Virus record (IMG/VR): IMGVR_UViG_3300026187_001451
Coordinates: 1-51,296 of that record
Length of the DNA: 51,296 nucleotides
Reading direction: 5' to 3' (one strand)
Source: a virus
Lineage: Duplodnaviria; Caudoviricetes
The number at the start of each line of letters is the position of its first letter. Within the stretch, counting starts at the first letter, position 1. The position numbers and the translations under genes are program-made. The notes beneath the pieces were generated by a model. The model saw only the letters and a program-made list of their open reading frames with translations, made no database searches and had not been told where the DNA came from. Of this stretch, positions 28,096 to 38,267 are shown in pieces.

Positions 28096-28626
28096 ATGAG
28101 AAAGTTATCTTTACTACTGCTTGTCCTATTGACATCATCAACCTACTACATTCAACCCAAGATGGAGTTGGTATCAGTAGAACCCAAAGAAGTAAAACTT
28201 GAAATCCCAACACCCCAACCTAAATTGGAGTTGGTACAACCCACGAGAAATCTCAGTCCATTGATAGATGCACTGATGTGGGTGGAGAGTAGATGTGATA
28301 CCTCTGCTTATTGTAAAAGGGAAGATGCAGTTGGTGTTCTTCAGATTAGACCAATTATGGTTAAAGAAGTTAACCGAATTTTACGTTTAAAAGGTTCGAG
28401 TTACATATATACATTAGAAGACCGATGGTCCAAAGACAAATCCATCGAGATGTTTAATGTAGTTGCAAATTATTATCACGAAACAAGTTCATATGAGAAA
28501 ATTGCCCGTTGCTGGAATGGTGGTCCGAAAGGGCTTCAAAAGAAGCAAACCGAAAAGTATTGGAGAAAGGTTCAAAAAAGACTCAACCACAATGAGAATA
28601 GCACTAATAGGAAGTCCGAAGTATGA
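28096..28626 (+). CDS. Exported lysozyme-like protein (lytic transglycosylase/destabilase-like)
   Basis: N-terminal signal/anchor; LIDALMWVES, AVGVLQIR, ARCWNGGP, YW.KV. Confidence 0.75.
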   Translation: MRKLSLLLLVLLTSSTYYIQPKMELVSVEPKEVKLEIPTPQPKLELVQPTRNLSPLIDALMWVESRCDTSAYCKREDAVGVLQIRPIMVKEVNRILRLKGSSYIYTLEDRWSKDKSIEMFNVVANYYHETSSYEKIARCWNGGPKGLQKKQTEKYWRKVQKRLNHNENSTNRKSEV

Positions 28627-28987
28627 GAATCGTGCTGAAATCAAAGAACTCGTTTGGAATCTAAAACAAAAGTTTGGAGATGAGTTGATTCTCATTACTC
28701 GTGGAAACAAAGATGGAATAGAAAAGTGGGTTCGTAAGTTTGCATTGGAGATGGGTGTTAAGTATATTGAATACAATCCAGCACATACTCCAATGTCTTT
28801 ATATAGTGGGATGGAAAAAGCATATTATGAGAAACCATTCCACCCAACCCAACCACTTCACCAATACGATTGTGTAGTCAGAGGTTCAGATAAACTCTAC
28901 TACTTTGGTGAAATCAAAAAAAATGAATTCAATCACTTTAATCGTGTATTGATTAGAAACGGAAAGACTGCAAAATTTGTTAGTTAG
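28592..28987 (+). CDS. SLOG/YspA-like (DUF2493-like) protein
   Basis: MRIALIGSPKY, LITRG..DGIE; start reassigned to ATG 28592. Confidence 0.6.
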   Translation: MRIALIGSPKYENRAEIKELVWNLKQKFGDELILITRGNKDGIEKWVRKFALEMGVKYIEYNPAHTPMSLYSGMEKAYYEKPFHPTQPLHQYDCVVRGSDKLYYFGEIKKNEFNHFNRVLIRNGKTAKFVS

Positions 28988-29009
28988 AAAGTTTTTTTGT
29001 ATATTTATA
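28976..29009 (+). promoter_or_regulatory. Promoter TTTG-N20-TATATTTA, overlapping a TATTTATA motif
   Basis: Upstream of the glycosyltransferase island. Confidence 0.7.
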
Positions 29010-29032
29010 GAATATAAAAGAAAGAGTTACGA

Positions 29033-30442
29033 ATGGAATTACCAAAGCTACGAAAAGTAGACCCAAATAAACCGAAGAAGCCAAAGATTCTACTTCTATC
29101 GGATGACCTAAGATTACATAGTGGTATTGCTACTCAGTCAAAAGAGATTGTATTATCTACAATCCATAAGTATGATTGGGTTCAGTTAGGTGCTGCACTA
29201 AAACATCCAGACCAAGGGAAGGTATTTGACCTATCCGCAGATGCAAGAAAAGAAAGTGGTGTAGAAGATGCATTCTTAAAGATTTACGCAAACGATGGAT
29301 ATGGCACTCCCGATTTACTGAGACAATTAATCAATGTCGAAAAACCAGATGCAATCTTACACTTCACCGACCCTCGCTTTTGGAGATGGTTGTATGATAT
29401 GGAACACGAAGTAAGAGAGTTCGTTCCTATTATGTATTACAACATTTGGGACTCATTACCAGACCCAATGTGGAACGCACCATTCTATGCATCGTGTGAT
29501 TTACTAATGTCTATCTCAAAACAAACCTATGGTATCAACAAACGTACCTTAGAGAAGTATGAGATGGCAAAGGAAGATTGGGCATACAAATACATCCCAC
29601 ACGGAGTATCTAAATACTTCAGACCACTACCAAATGATGACCAAAAATTGGTTGACTTCAAAGAAAAGTATGGTCTTACTGAATATGACTTCGTGGTGAT
29701 TTGGAACAATAGAAACATTCGTAGGAAAGTACCAGGTGATGTAATCCTTGCATTCAACGAATTTGCTAAACAACACGAAGACTCTAAGGTATGTTTATTC
29801 TTGCATACTCAACGCAGTGATGACAATGGTACTGACTTGAACGAGGTAATCAAATACAATGGTCACTATGGGGATTATAAGTTTACTGATGCTAAGTTCT
29901 CAACGGAAGACCTCAACCTATACTACAACTCAGGTGATATCATTCTAAACATCGCATCAAACGAAGGGTTTGGTCTTGCATCGTGTGAAGCCCTTCGAGC
30001 AGGTACACCAATCATCGTTAATGTTACAGGTGGTCTACAAGACCAATGTGGATTTGACTTAGAAGGCGAACCACTAACTGCCGAAGATTATGTAAAGATT
30101 GGGTCACTACACGACAAACGTAAGTGGAAGAACAACGAACTTCTTGGATATGGCAGTTGGGCATACCCAGTATGGCCATCCAACTTATCACTACAAGGTT
30201 CACCAATGACTCCATTTATCTTTGATGATAGATGTGATTATATGGAAGTTGCTGAGAAACTCGGTTATGCTTTCAGAGCAGGTAGAGACCACTTGGAAAA
30301 AGTTGGTATGGAAGGTCACAATTGGGTGGTCAACGAAAGTAAGATGTCATCCGAAGAAATGGGTGTATCATTTATTGAAGCAATTGATGGGTGTCTTGAA
30401 AATTGGACACCACGTAAACGATTTGAAATTTATTCGGCATGA
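29033..30442 (+). CDS. GT4-like (GT-B) glycosyltransferase
   Basis: ILLLSDD...SG, IPHGV, NRNIRRK, NEGFGLASCEALRAGTPII. Confidence 0.88.
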   Translation: MELPKLRKVDPNKPKKPKILLLSDDLRLHSGIATQSKEIVLSTIHKYDWVQLGAALKHPDQGKVFDLSADARKESGVEDAFLKIYANDGYGTPDLLRQLINVEKPDAILHFTDPRFWRWLYDMEHEVREFVPIMYYNIWDSLPDPMWNAPFYASCDLLMSISKQTYGINKRTLEKYEMAKEDWAYKYIPHGVSKYFRPLPNDDQKLVDFKEKYGLTEYDFVVIWNNRNIRRKVPGDVILAFNEFAKQHEDSKVCLFLHTQRSDDNGTDLNEVIKYNGHYGDYKFTDAKFSTEDLNLYYNSGDIILNIASNEGFGLASCEALRAGTPIIVNVTGGLQDQCGFDLEGEPLTAEDYVKIGSLHDKRKWKNNELLGYGSWAYPVWPSNLSLQGSPMTPFIFDDRCDYMEVAEKLGYAFRAGRDHLEKVGMEGHNWVVNESKMSSEEMGVSFIEAIDGCLENWTPRKRFEIYSA

Positions 30443-31716
30443 AAAAGTTATGTGTAGTTAGTTGCCCTATTGCAACACGAAGTGGTTATGGTTCACGTTC
30501 AAGAGACCTTGTACGTTCTCTAATCCAAACCAAAGGAGAAGAGTGGGACATTAAAATCCTACCTCAAAGATGGGGTAATACACCTCAGAATGCATTGACA
30601 AGTGAAGATACTGATTTGACATCTCGTATGATTACGGGACAACTCAATCAAAAGCCGGATATTTGGATGCAGATTACAATTCCAAGTGAGTTCCAACCAG
30701 TTGGTCACTTTAACATCGGTGTATCTGCTGTGATTGAGACCACAAACGCATCACCCGACTTTATCGAAGGGTGTAATCGTATGGACTTAAATATTGTATC
30801 ATCGGAACACTCAAAGGTAACTCTTGATGCAGTTTACGATAAGTTGGATGAGAAGACCAAACAAAAGGTAGGTGAGATAAAACTCACAAAACCAGTTGAG
30901 GTTTTATTTGAAGGATTTGACCCGAACATCTATGACAACAAAAAAGAGGTTCATACATCAGTAAACGATGCCTTGAGTGATGTCACGGAATCCTTCGCAT
31001 ATCTATTCGTAGGTCATTGGTTACAAGGTAACATTGGCCACGATAGAAAGAATGTAAGTGGGTTGATTCATACGTTCCTAACTACGTTTAAGAATAAGAA
31101 GAATAAACCAGCACTTATCTTAAAGACATCAATTACGGCACCCGGCATTACAAATGTCCACGAGTTGAGAAAGAGAATCGATATGATTAAAGGTATGATT
31201 GATTCGACCAATCTACCAAACATCTATATTCTCGATGGAGACCTTTCAGATGAAGAGATGAACTCACTATATAACCACCCAAAGGTAAAAGCACACGTGT
31301 CATTTACTCGTGGTGAGGGTTTTGGTAGACCTCTATTAGAGGCTTGTGTGAGTGGTAAGCCAATAATCGCATCTAATTGGAGTGGTCACTTGGACTTCTT
31401 GAACAAAGACTTCAACTTCTTAGTAGGTGGTGAACTTCAGAATGTAGACCAATCGGCAGCAAACAACTGGATTCTAAAGGATTCACAATGGTTTGGTATT
31501 AATTTATCCGAAGGTGCTGGTGTTATGAAGTGGGTTTACGATAATTATAAGAAAGCAGTTGAGAAGTCTCGTAAGAATCGTAAGTATGTAAAGGACAATT
31601 TTACGTTTGATGAAATGTCAAGTAAATTGACCAAAATACTTGACACTTATAAGGTAGGAGATGGACCACAGCAAGTTGAACTTAAATTACCAAAGTTGAA
31701 AAAGGTAGGTGAGTAA
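30439..31716 (+). CDS. GT4-like (GT-B) glycosyltransferase
   Basis: TRSGYG, YLFVGHW, DRKNV, RGEGFGRPLLEA..SGKPIIAS.WSGHLDF. Confidence 0.88.
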   Translation: MKKLCVVSCPIATRSGYGSRSRDLVRSLIQTKGEEWDIKILPQRWGNTPQNALTSEDTDLTSRMITGQLNQKPDIWMQITIPSEFQPVGHFNIGVSAVIETTNASPDFIEGCNRMDLNIVSSEHSKVTLDAVYDKLDEKTKQKVGEIKLTKPVEVLFEGFDPNIYDNKKEVHTSVNDALSDVTESFAYLFVGHWLQGNIGHDRKNVSGLIHTFLTTFKNKKNKPALILKTSITAPGITNVHELRKRIDMIKGMIDSTNLPNIYILDGDLSDEEMNSLYNHPKVKAHVSFTRGEGFGRPLLEACVSGKPIIASNWSGHLDFLNKDFNFLVGGELQNVDQSAANNWILKDSQWFGINLSEGAGVMKWVYDNYKKAVEKSRKNRKYVKDNFTFDEMSSKLTKILDTYKVGDGPQQVELKLPKLKKVGE

Positions 31717-32213
31717 TGCCAGATTATACTACAATGCATAGAAATAGAATTGCTGACGCAGTTCGTATTCCAAAAAACAAATTGGAACGTGGGATGGTTG
31801 CTAAAATCAGATACAAAAAAGTATCAGGTGATGCACGAGACTACTATGTATTTGTATTACAACCAAAGTTCAAAGGATACTTTCATTGCTTAGACCTTAA
31901 ACACATCGCACCCCCTCAAATGGTGAAATTAGCAGAGGACTTGAATGAGGTTCTCAGTATTACTCCAAAAGTAAAGAAGTTGGATTTGACCAAACTCAAT
32001 CTCGATGTGAATTCTAAGAAGTTCTACTTGAACGAGATTAGAAATAAGAAACTAAAGAATGGGTATCGAACTTTGATTGAAAAAAATATATCAACTGTTA
32101 TGGTATACAACTATGACTATGGTGTATTTGATAAGGTAGATACGGAAGCAAATAGAAGGCAAAGGGAACAAGTTGAAAAAGATGATACACCCGACTTCTT
32201 ACAAGGAATATAA
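31716..32213 (+). CDS. Hypothetical protein (weak resemblance to T4 gp2 DNA end protector)
   Basis: GM....RY, VFVL, FHCLDLKHI.P, YRTL pattern; basic. Confidence 0.45.
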   Translation: MPDYTTMHRNRIADAVRIPKNKLERGMVAKIRYKKVSGDARDYYVFVLQPKFKGYFHCLDLKHIAPPQMVKLAEDLNEVLSITPKVKKLDLTKLNLDVNSKKFYLNEIRNKKLKNGYRTLIEKNISTVMVYNYDYGVFDKVDTEANRRQREQVEKDDTPDFLQGI

Positions 32214-32351
32214 TTGGAATTAGAAAAGTTAATATTAGATTTAGAACACTTACATTCTAAGGGTGTACGAACTATAAAGCTAGTGTTTTGTAATGAGACA
32301 CTTGAAATAAAAAAGTTATTAGATGAAATTAAGTTACGCAGTAACAGTTAA
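32214..32351 (+). CDS. Possible 45-aa hypothetical protein (TTG start)
   Basis: Open frame starting right after the previous stop and overlapping the next start; no homology recognised. Confidence 0.25.
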   Translation: MELEKLILDLEHLHSKGVRTIKLVFCNETLEIKKLLDEIKLRSNS

Positions 32352-32949
32352 AGATGAGTTTGTAGAGATTCAAAATCTACTTCAAAAACTCATTACACTC
32401 AAACAACCACAAGATGAAATCGTGGTCTTGTGGGATTCTAAAAATGGTGATAAAGAAGTAGAGACCTATCTTCGCAAGATGAATTCGGAGAAGTCATACT
32501 TCACTTGGTATCCATATGAATTCGATGGACACTTTGCTAATCTAAAGAATGAACTCACCAAACAATGTAGTGGTGATTACATCTTTCAGATAGATGCAGA
32601 TGAATACCCACACGAGACCCTAATGGATAACCTCCATTCAATCTTAGAAGCAAACGATGTCGATGTGATTCTTGTACCACGAGTAAACACGGTAGAAGGA
32701 CTCACACCACAACACATTCAAAAGTGGGGTTGGAATGTCAACGAGAATGGTTGGGTAAACTTTCCAGACCCTCAATGGAGAATCTACAAAAACTCAGAGA
32801 ACATTCGTTGGGAAAATAAGGTACACGAGAAACTCGTTGGATACGATACTATATCTAATCTACCTTGGGCAGAGGAATTATCCCTCTACCATCCAAAGAA
32901 GATAGAACGACAAGAGAAGCAAAACGAATATTACGAAACCCTCGTGTAA
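32323..32949 (+). CDS. GT2 glycosyltransferase
   Basis: LSYAVTVKDE, FANLKN, YIFQIDADE, PD.Q.R, W..KVHE. Confidence 0.88.
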   Translation: MKLSYAVTVKDEFVEIQNLLQKLITLKQPQDEIVVLWDSKNGDKEVETYLRKMNSEKSYFTWYPYEFDGHFANLKNELTKQCSGDYIFQIDADEYPHETLMDNLHSILEANDVDVILVPRVNTVEGLTPQHIQKWGWNVNENGWVNFPDPQWRIYKNSENIRWENKVHEKLVGYDTISNLPWAEELSLYHPKKIERQEKQNEYYETLV

Positions 32950-33000
32950 TTCCATTTTGGGAACGAATCGTGTGTTTAAAAAGAAAATTTACATTTTCAT

Positions 33001-33891
33001 ATGAATCTTGACATTGTGCTTAGAGGAGATACTCGTAACTTCTTACCACTTACCATAAAAAACTTTATGAAGATGGTAATCGACCCACTATTGCTCGATG
33101 GGCACGATGTACGCACATTCACCACGATGTGGTTCGATGGGGATGATGTGATGGAGATGTCTATTATAGATAAACTAAACCCCACACAATACACCTTGCT
33201 CGATAAACAACTGCATTACAATAGGGTTGGGTATACTCAATGGGATGTTTTTCAAATGGGTATGTCGATGGTCGAGAACACACAACAAATTGACCGCCAA
33301 ACGGATGTTACACTTTTTTTAAGATTTGATACATTGTGGAAGCAACCTATTACAAATTGGTTGAATCTTGATGGCGATTGGGATGTGCTCGTGCCTTGGA
33401 AGGAATATGAATATTGGTGGTTACATCATAATAGAATATCGGATGTTTTTCATATCATAAAAAATAAAAATGGTAATTTTGATAAATTTAGAAACGCACT
33501 AAATTCAAGAGTTGAGTGGAAGACCATCCATCGGGTAATATCACAATTGGATATCCCTTGCTTTTTGAATGACTTCGATACAAGTTATAGAAAATTATCT
33601 ATGGAATCGGGCACACACGAGGTAGTCGAAATGGAGTCTCAATATCAGTATGGGTATTGGATGGATTATAAAGGTCATCATTTATATGTCCCAATGGTAA
33701 TGTCTGATTTAAATGTTGATTTTGCAGCTGAGGGGTATTATGACTCAAACACCTACAACACCATCGGCACTAAGCAAAGACCTACTTTGACTAACAACCC
33801 GCTTTACGTATTAGTATACCCTAATGTAGAAAATTGTATGTATAGACACGATGATGTAAACATAATGGACTTGGTTGACTATGGTAATTAA
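33001..33891 (+). CDS. Hypothetical glycan-related protein
   Basis: LRGDTR and LRFD motifs; sits in the sugar island; function uncertain. Confidence 0.5.
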   Translation: MNLDIVLRGDTRNFLPLTIKNFMKMVIDPLLLDGHDVRTFTTMWFDGDDVMEMSIIDKLNPTQYTLLDKQLHYNRVGYTQWDVFQMGMSMVENTQQIDRQTDVTLFLRFDTLWKQPITNWLNLDGDWDVLVPWKEYEYWWLHHNRISDVFHIIKNKNGNFDKFRNALNSRVEWKTIHRVISQLDIPCFLNDFDTSYRKLSMESGTHEVVEMESQYQYGYWMDYKGHHLYVPMVMSDLNVDFAAEGYYDSNTYNTIGTKQRPTLTNNPLYVLVYPNVENCMYRHDDVNIMDLVDYGN

Positions 33892-34663
33892 CGGAAATTC
33901 GGGATGTGACTTGCATTTGATTGATAAGGGTGTGATTAGAAAAACCTCTAAGTCGGTTGAATACAATAGTAGGTTAGAGGCTCAGATGAAAAAGCAATCT
34001 GAATTTAACCACAATAAAATAAAAACCCCACGTATTTTAAACTCTGGTAAGGAGAATGGGTTACTATACTATGATATGGAATTCATCAATGGCCAGAAGT
34101 TTTCAGACTACATAGTAAATTCAAGTTTTGATAAAACCTTGAGTTTGTTTAACGAGATACTTTTGTTTATTAAAAGTAATGATGAGGGCGATTCGTATGA
34201 CCCATCTTACTATATGATGGACAAGGTTACTAAACTCGATAAAAAACTTGGGATTGATACTTCTATAAAAAAGTTTGTAAATGATAATATGGGTGGGATG
34301 TCGCCTATCGGCACATCGCACGGAGACCTAACCTTTGAAAATATCATAGTGTTTAATGATGAGTTGTATCTCATTGATTTTTTAGATGGGTATGTTCAAA
34401 CCCCACTTGTTGATATCTCAAAATTATATCAGGAGTTATACCTGAATTGGTCAAGTAGGGATTCACAATCACCATTCATTGTGAATGTTAGAAATCATCA
34501 ACTTAAAAAGGTGTTGGATGATTTTGTGATTGAAATGGGTTATGATAAAATGACTATCAGATTACATATCGTAATTACGATGCTCCGCATACTGCCATAC
34601 GCAAAGAACAACTCTATATATTATAGAGTATTGAATAAAATATTTCAAATTATAAATCTATGA
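33881..34663 (+). CDS. APH/choline-kinase-like phosphotransferase
   Basis: GNSGC, YDMEFING, HGDLTFENI, LIDF. Confidence 0.85.
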   Translation: MVINGNSGCDLHLIDKGVIRKTSKSVEYNSRLEAQMKKQSEFNHNKIKTPRILNSGKENGLLYYDMEFINGQKFSDYIVNSSFDKTLSLFNEILLFIKSNDEGDSYDPSYYMMDKVTKLDKKLGIDTSIKKFVNDNMGGMSPIGTSHGDLTFENIIVFNDELYLIDFLDGYVQTPLVDISKLYQELYLNWSSRDSQSPFIVNVRNHQLKKVLDDFVIEMGYDKMTIRLHIVITMLRILPYAKNNSIYYRVLNKIFQIINL

Positions 34664-35727
34664 AACCAATCGTTATAATCCCTGCTGCTGGGAAATCAAG
34701 CAGATACAATGGTGACAAACCAAAATGGCTGAGAACTCATCCCGATGGTAGGTTGATGATTGACCATGCTTTCGACACCTTTAGTGAAATCGAATGTGAT
34801 AAATACATTATAACTACCACCGAGTTAAATGATGAGTTTAATATTGAGACCATCTTAAAAGATGCATATCCACAATTGACAAAATTACTACTTATCGATA
34901 GGCATACTAACTCATCAGTTGATACCATTTTAGAGGGTATTAGTATGATTGATGAACTATCATATGATAGACCTATCTTTATCAAAGATACCGATAACTA
35001 TGTAAAAATCGATTGGTCGGGTGTTGATATGAATACATCATTTACAGTTGGGTATGATTTAAAAAACGGAAACGTTGATAATGTCACTAATAAATCGTAT
35101 ATTATATACAACGATATGGGTTATGTTACTGACTTTGTAGAAAAACAAGTAGTTTCAGATACCATTGGGGTTGGTACTCATTACATAAAAACACTAAGTG
35201 AGTTTATGTCTTCAGCAGTAGAACTAACATCTATACGAGATAACTACTCTACTGAAATTTATATGAGTCATTTGGTATCACTCAGTATATACAAGGGGCA
35301 TAATTACAAGATTGTTCACACCACATCTTACGAGGACTATGGGACTCAGTTAGATTGGAATCAAGTTCAATACAACCATAAAGTTATATTTTGTGATTTT
35401 GATGGAACATTGGTTAAGAATAAAGGCAGGTATGGTGACAATAATTGGTTCACTCATATTGAAACTCCACTAACTGATAACATTAATACCCTAAAATTAC
35501 ATTATACAAATGGTGCTCAGATAGTTATTACTACCTCACGATGTGGTAGTGAGTCCGAATACATAAAAGAGTTTTTAAGAGGTTATGGTATTGAAGTAAA
35601 AGATGTAATTACGGATTGCTTCCATTCCCCACGATATCTTATCAACGACTTTGCGTATACAAACCCTTACCCAAGTGCAAGGGCAATTAATATCCCACGT
35701 GATGGGAATTTAAATGAATATATTTAA
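34660..35727 (+). CDS. Nucleotidyltransferase fused to HAD phosphatase
   Basis: IIPAAGKSSRY...PK, VEKQ, DYGT; then FCDFDGTL, ITTSR, LINDF. Confidence 0.85.
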   Translation: MKPIVIIPAAGKSSRYNGDKPKWLRTHPDGRLMIDHAFDTFSEIECDKYIITTTELNDEFNIETILKDAYPQLTKLLLIDRHTNSSVDTILEGISMIDELSYDRPIFIKDTDNYVKIDWSGVDMNTSFTVGYDLKNGNVDNVTNKSYIIYNDMGYVTDFVEKQVVSDTIGVGTHYIKTLSEFMSSAVELTSIRDNYSTEIYMSHLVSLSIYKGHNYKIVHTTSYEDYGTQLDWNQVQYNHKVIFCDFDGTLVKNKGRYGDNNWFTHIETPLTDNINTLKLHYTNGAQIVITTSRCGSESEYIKEFLRGYGIEVKDVITDCFHSPRYLINDFAYTNPYPSARAINIPRDGNLNEYI

Positions 35728-35759
35728 TTTGTATATGTCAAATATTTTTTGTATATTTA
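35728..35759 (+). promoter_or_regulatory. Promoter TTTG-N20-TATATTTA
   Basis: Intergenic, upstream of the aminotransferase gene. Confidence 0.7.
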
Positions 35760-35786
35760 GTTATAAAGTAGATAATAAGATAAATT

Positions 35787-36980
35787 ATGTTTAGTCCAAA
35801 AAACAAAATCCCACTATTTAAAGTCTTTATGGCAGATACTGCTGCCGAAGAAGTGGGTAAAGTATTAAATAGTGGTTTTATTGGTCAAGGTCCAAAAGTT
35901 GATGAATTTGAATCCCAACTAAAAGGATATTTCAATCACAACTACGTATCAACCACTAATGCAGGAACATCCGCATTACACCTTGCTCTCAGACTTATAA
36001 AAAACCCGAAAAAGTACTACAAGACATTTGATGGTATGGCAGGGTACGAAACAACGTGGCCTGGCTTAGAGGAAGGTGATGAGGTTCTCGCAACTGCGAT
36101 GACTTGTACTGCATCCAATTGGCCTATCTTAGCAAATGGTCTAAAAATTAAATGGGTAGATATTGACCCTCAAACTTTAAATATGGATTTGGATGACTTA
36201 GCACGAAAGATTAGTCCAAAGACTAAGGCGATTATGTTAGTGCATTGGGGTGGTTATCCAAATGATTTAGATAGAGTAAAACAAATACAGGATAGAGCAT
36301 ATCATATGTATGGGTTTAAGCCCGTTGTAATTGAAGATGGTGCTCACTCGTTCGGTTCGAAATACAAAGGAAAGTTAATAGGAACACACGGAAACCTTAC
36401 TATGTTCTCATTACAGGCAATCAAGCATATCACATCAATTGACGGTGGATTGTTATTGTCTCCACATAAAGATTTAGATACACGAGCACGATTACTGCGT
36501 TGGTATGGAATTGATAGAGATGGTGATAGGAAAGACTTTAGATGTGAGGCTGATATCGAAGAGTGGGGATATAAATTTCATATGAATGATGTATGTGCTA
36601 CCGTTGGTATCGAAAATATGAAACACATTGATTGGTTAGTTGAGAAACATAGGGAAAATGCAGCCTATTACGATGAACATCTACAAGGTGTAGATGGTGT
36701 AACATTACTAAAACGTGAAGAGGGTTTCGATTCTGCATTTTGGATTTACTCATTGAAAGTAGAAAATCGTGATGGGTTCTATCGTTGGATGGATGAGTGT
36801 AATATCGCAGTGTCTCAAGTACACGAAAGAAACGACAAACATACGTGTGTCCGTGAGTTCAGAACACAACTACCAAACTTAGATAAAACTATTGGTAGCA
36901 TAGTCTCCATACCAGTAGGATGGTGGATTACACCTGAAGAACGTGAGTATATCGTTGAATGTATCAAAAAAGGTTGGTAA
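35787..36980 (+). CDS. DegT/DnrJ/EryC1/StrS sugar aminotransferase
   Basis: GPKVDEFE, NAGTSALHLAL, VHWGG, IEDGAHSFG, SLQAIKHITSIDGG, GYKFHMND. Confidence 0.93.
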   Translation: MFSPKNKIPLFKVFMADTAAEEVGKVLNSGFIGQGPKVDEFESQLKGYFNHNYVSTTNAGTSALHLALRLIKNPKKYYKTFDGMAGYETTWPGLEEGDEVLATAMTCTASNWPILANGLKIKWVDIDPQTLNMDLDDLARKISPKTKAIMLVHWGGYPNDLDRVKQIQDRAYHMYGFKPVVIEDGAHSFGSKYKGKLIGTHGNLTMFSLQAIKHITSIDGGLLLSPHKDLDTRARLLRWYGIDRDGDRKDFRCEADIEEWGYKFHMNDVCATVGIENMKHIDWLVEKHRENAAYYDEHLQGVDGVTLLKREEGFDSAFWIYSLKVENRDGFYRWMDECNIAVSQVHERNDKHTCVREFRTQLPNLDKTIGSIVSIPVGWWITPEEREYIVECIKKGW

Positions 36981-37546
36981 TGGTAGGTTGGAATGAAGAA
37001 ATAAAACAACACCTGGGTTCTTGTGGTGAAAACGTATTCATAGGGCATAATGTTATTTTTACCAACCCATCCGAAGTTCACATTGGGAACAATGTTCGCA
37101 TTGACCCCTTTACTTTAATTACCACCGCACTTGAGGTGGGTGATAATGTTCAAATCTGCTCCCATACAGTATTGGGTGGTGGTAAATCACATAAGATTAC
37201 AGTTGGGGATTGGTGTTTTATCGGATATGGCTCTAAACTATTTTGTGCATCTGAAGATTATAGTGGAGACCACGGACCTGTAAACGAGTTTTGGGGTAAC
37301 AATAAAATTTATAGAGGTGATATAACTTTATCAAATTACTCAGGCATTGCCTCAGATGTTATGGTTTTTCCTGGAGTTACTATACCAGATGGATGTACAG
37401 TTGGTGCAAAAAGTTTTATTTACACGAAAAATGAATTAGAACCTTGGGGTGTTTATTTGGGAAGTCCTGCTAAATTTCATAAAAGTAGAAACAAAGAAAA
37501 CATTATTAAACTATCAACCGACCCTAACTTTTTAAGGAAAAGTTAA
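36980..37546 (+). CDS. Hexapeptide-repeat sugar acetyltransferase
   Basis: CGENVFIG, IGNNVRID, VGDNVQI, VFPGVTI, GVYLGSPAK; start at ATG 36980, coupled to the upstream TAA. Confidence 0.88.
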   Translation: MVGWNEEIKQHLGSCGENVFIGHNVIFTNPSEVHIGNNVRIDPFTLITTALEVGDNVQICSHTVLGGGKSHKITVGDWCFIGYGSKLFCASEDYSGDHGPVNEFWGNNKIYRGDITLSNYSGIASDVMVFPGVTIPDGCTVGAKSFIYTKNELEPWGVYLGSPAKFHKSRNKENIIKLSTDPNFLRKS

Positions 37547-37547
37547 T

Positions 37548-38267
37548 ATGAAATGTGCAAAAGTAATAGTATTTTATTTCGGTGCACGTAGAGCTGCCAG
37601 TAATAATATACAAATTGCAGAACTATTACCAAGAATTATTGAAAATGAGAATATTAATGTTGGTGTTGATACTGATACATTTTTTGTAGTTAACAAATGT
37701 GGAGATGATTCGGATAATTTGTTAGATGAATTTGATGGTAAATTGACCACTAATGGAAAAATACGAGTTGTTAAACGCGACAATGTGGGTTTATCATTTG
37801 GGGGGTATATTGATACATTTAATACATATAAATCTGAATATGATTATTGGATGTTCTTGGAAGATGATGTGATTGTTTATAAGGAGGGTTACATAAAGGA
37901 TTTTATAGATGAACTCGAATCAACTAAAGCAACTTTCATAGCACTCGCACCAATATCAACTCTTATAAAACCACATTGTGGGGGTGGTTGTGGTTTGACT
38001 TCGACCAAATATATGGAAGAAATATACACTTCTGAATTCGTAAACTCTAAATTAGAACATTGGTCAGATTATAGTGGTTATGATGTATGTTCGGGTAAGT
38101 TAAAAGAAAAAAACGCTGAAATTGAGTTTTCAAGTTACTTTAAGCTATCTAATCATCATAAATTTTCACCATTTTGTGTGAATCATAATAGACATAGTTC
38201 ACAAAACAAACATGCAAATTCCAATAACCAAACCTTAGAACTTATTTATACAGTAGGAAAATTATGA
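37548..38267 (+). CDS. Putative GT-A fold glycosyltransferase
   Basis: RDNVGLSFGGY, YDYWMFLEDD. Confidence 0.55.
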   Translation: MKCAKVIVFYFGARRAASNNIQIAELLPRIIENENINVGVDTDTFFVVNKCGDDSDNLLDEFDGKLTTNGKIRVVKRDNVGLSFGGYIDTFNTYKSEYDYWMFLEDDVIVYKEGYIKDFIDELESTKATFIALAPISTLIKPHCGGGCGLTSTKYMEEIYTSEFVNSKLEHWSDYSGYDVCSGKLKEKNAEIEFSSYFKLSNHHKFSPFCVNHNRHSSQNKHANSNNQTLELIYTVGKL

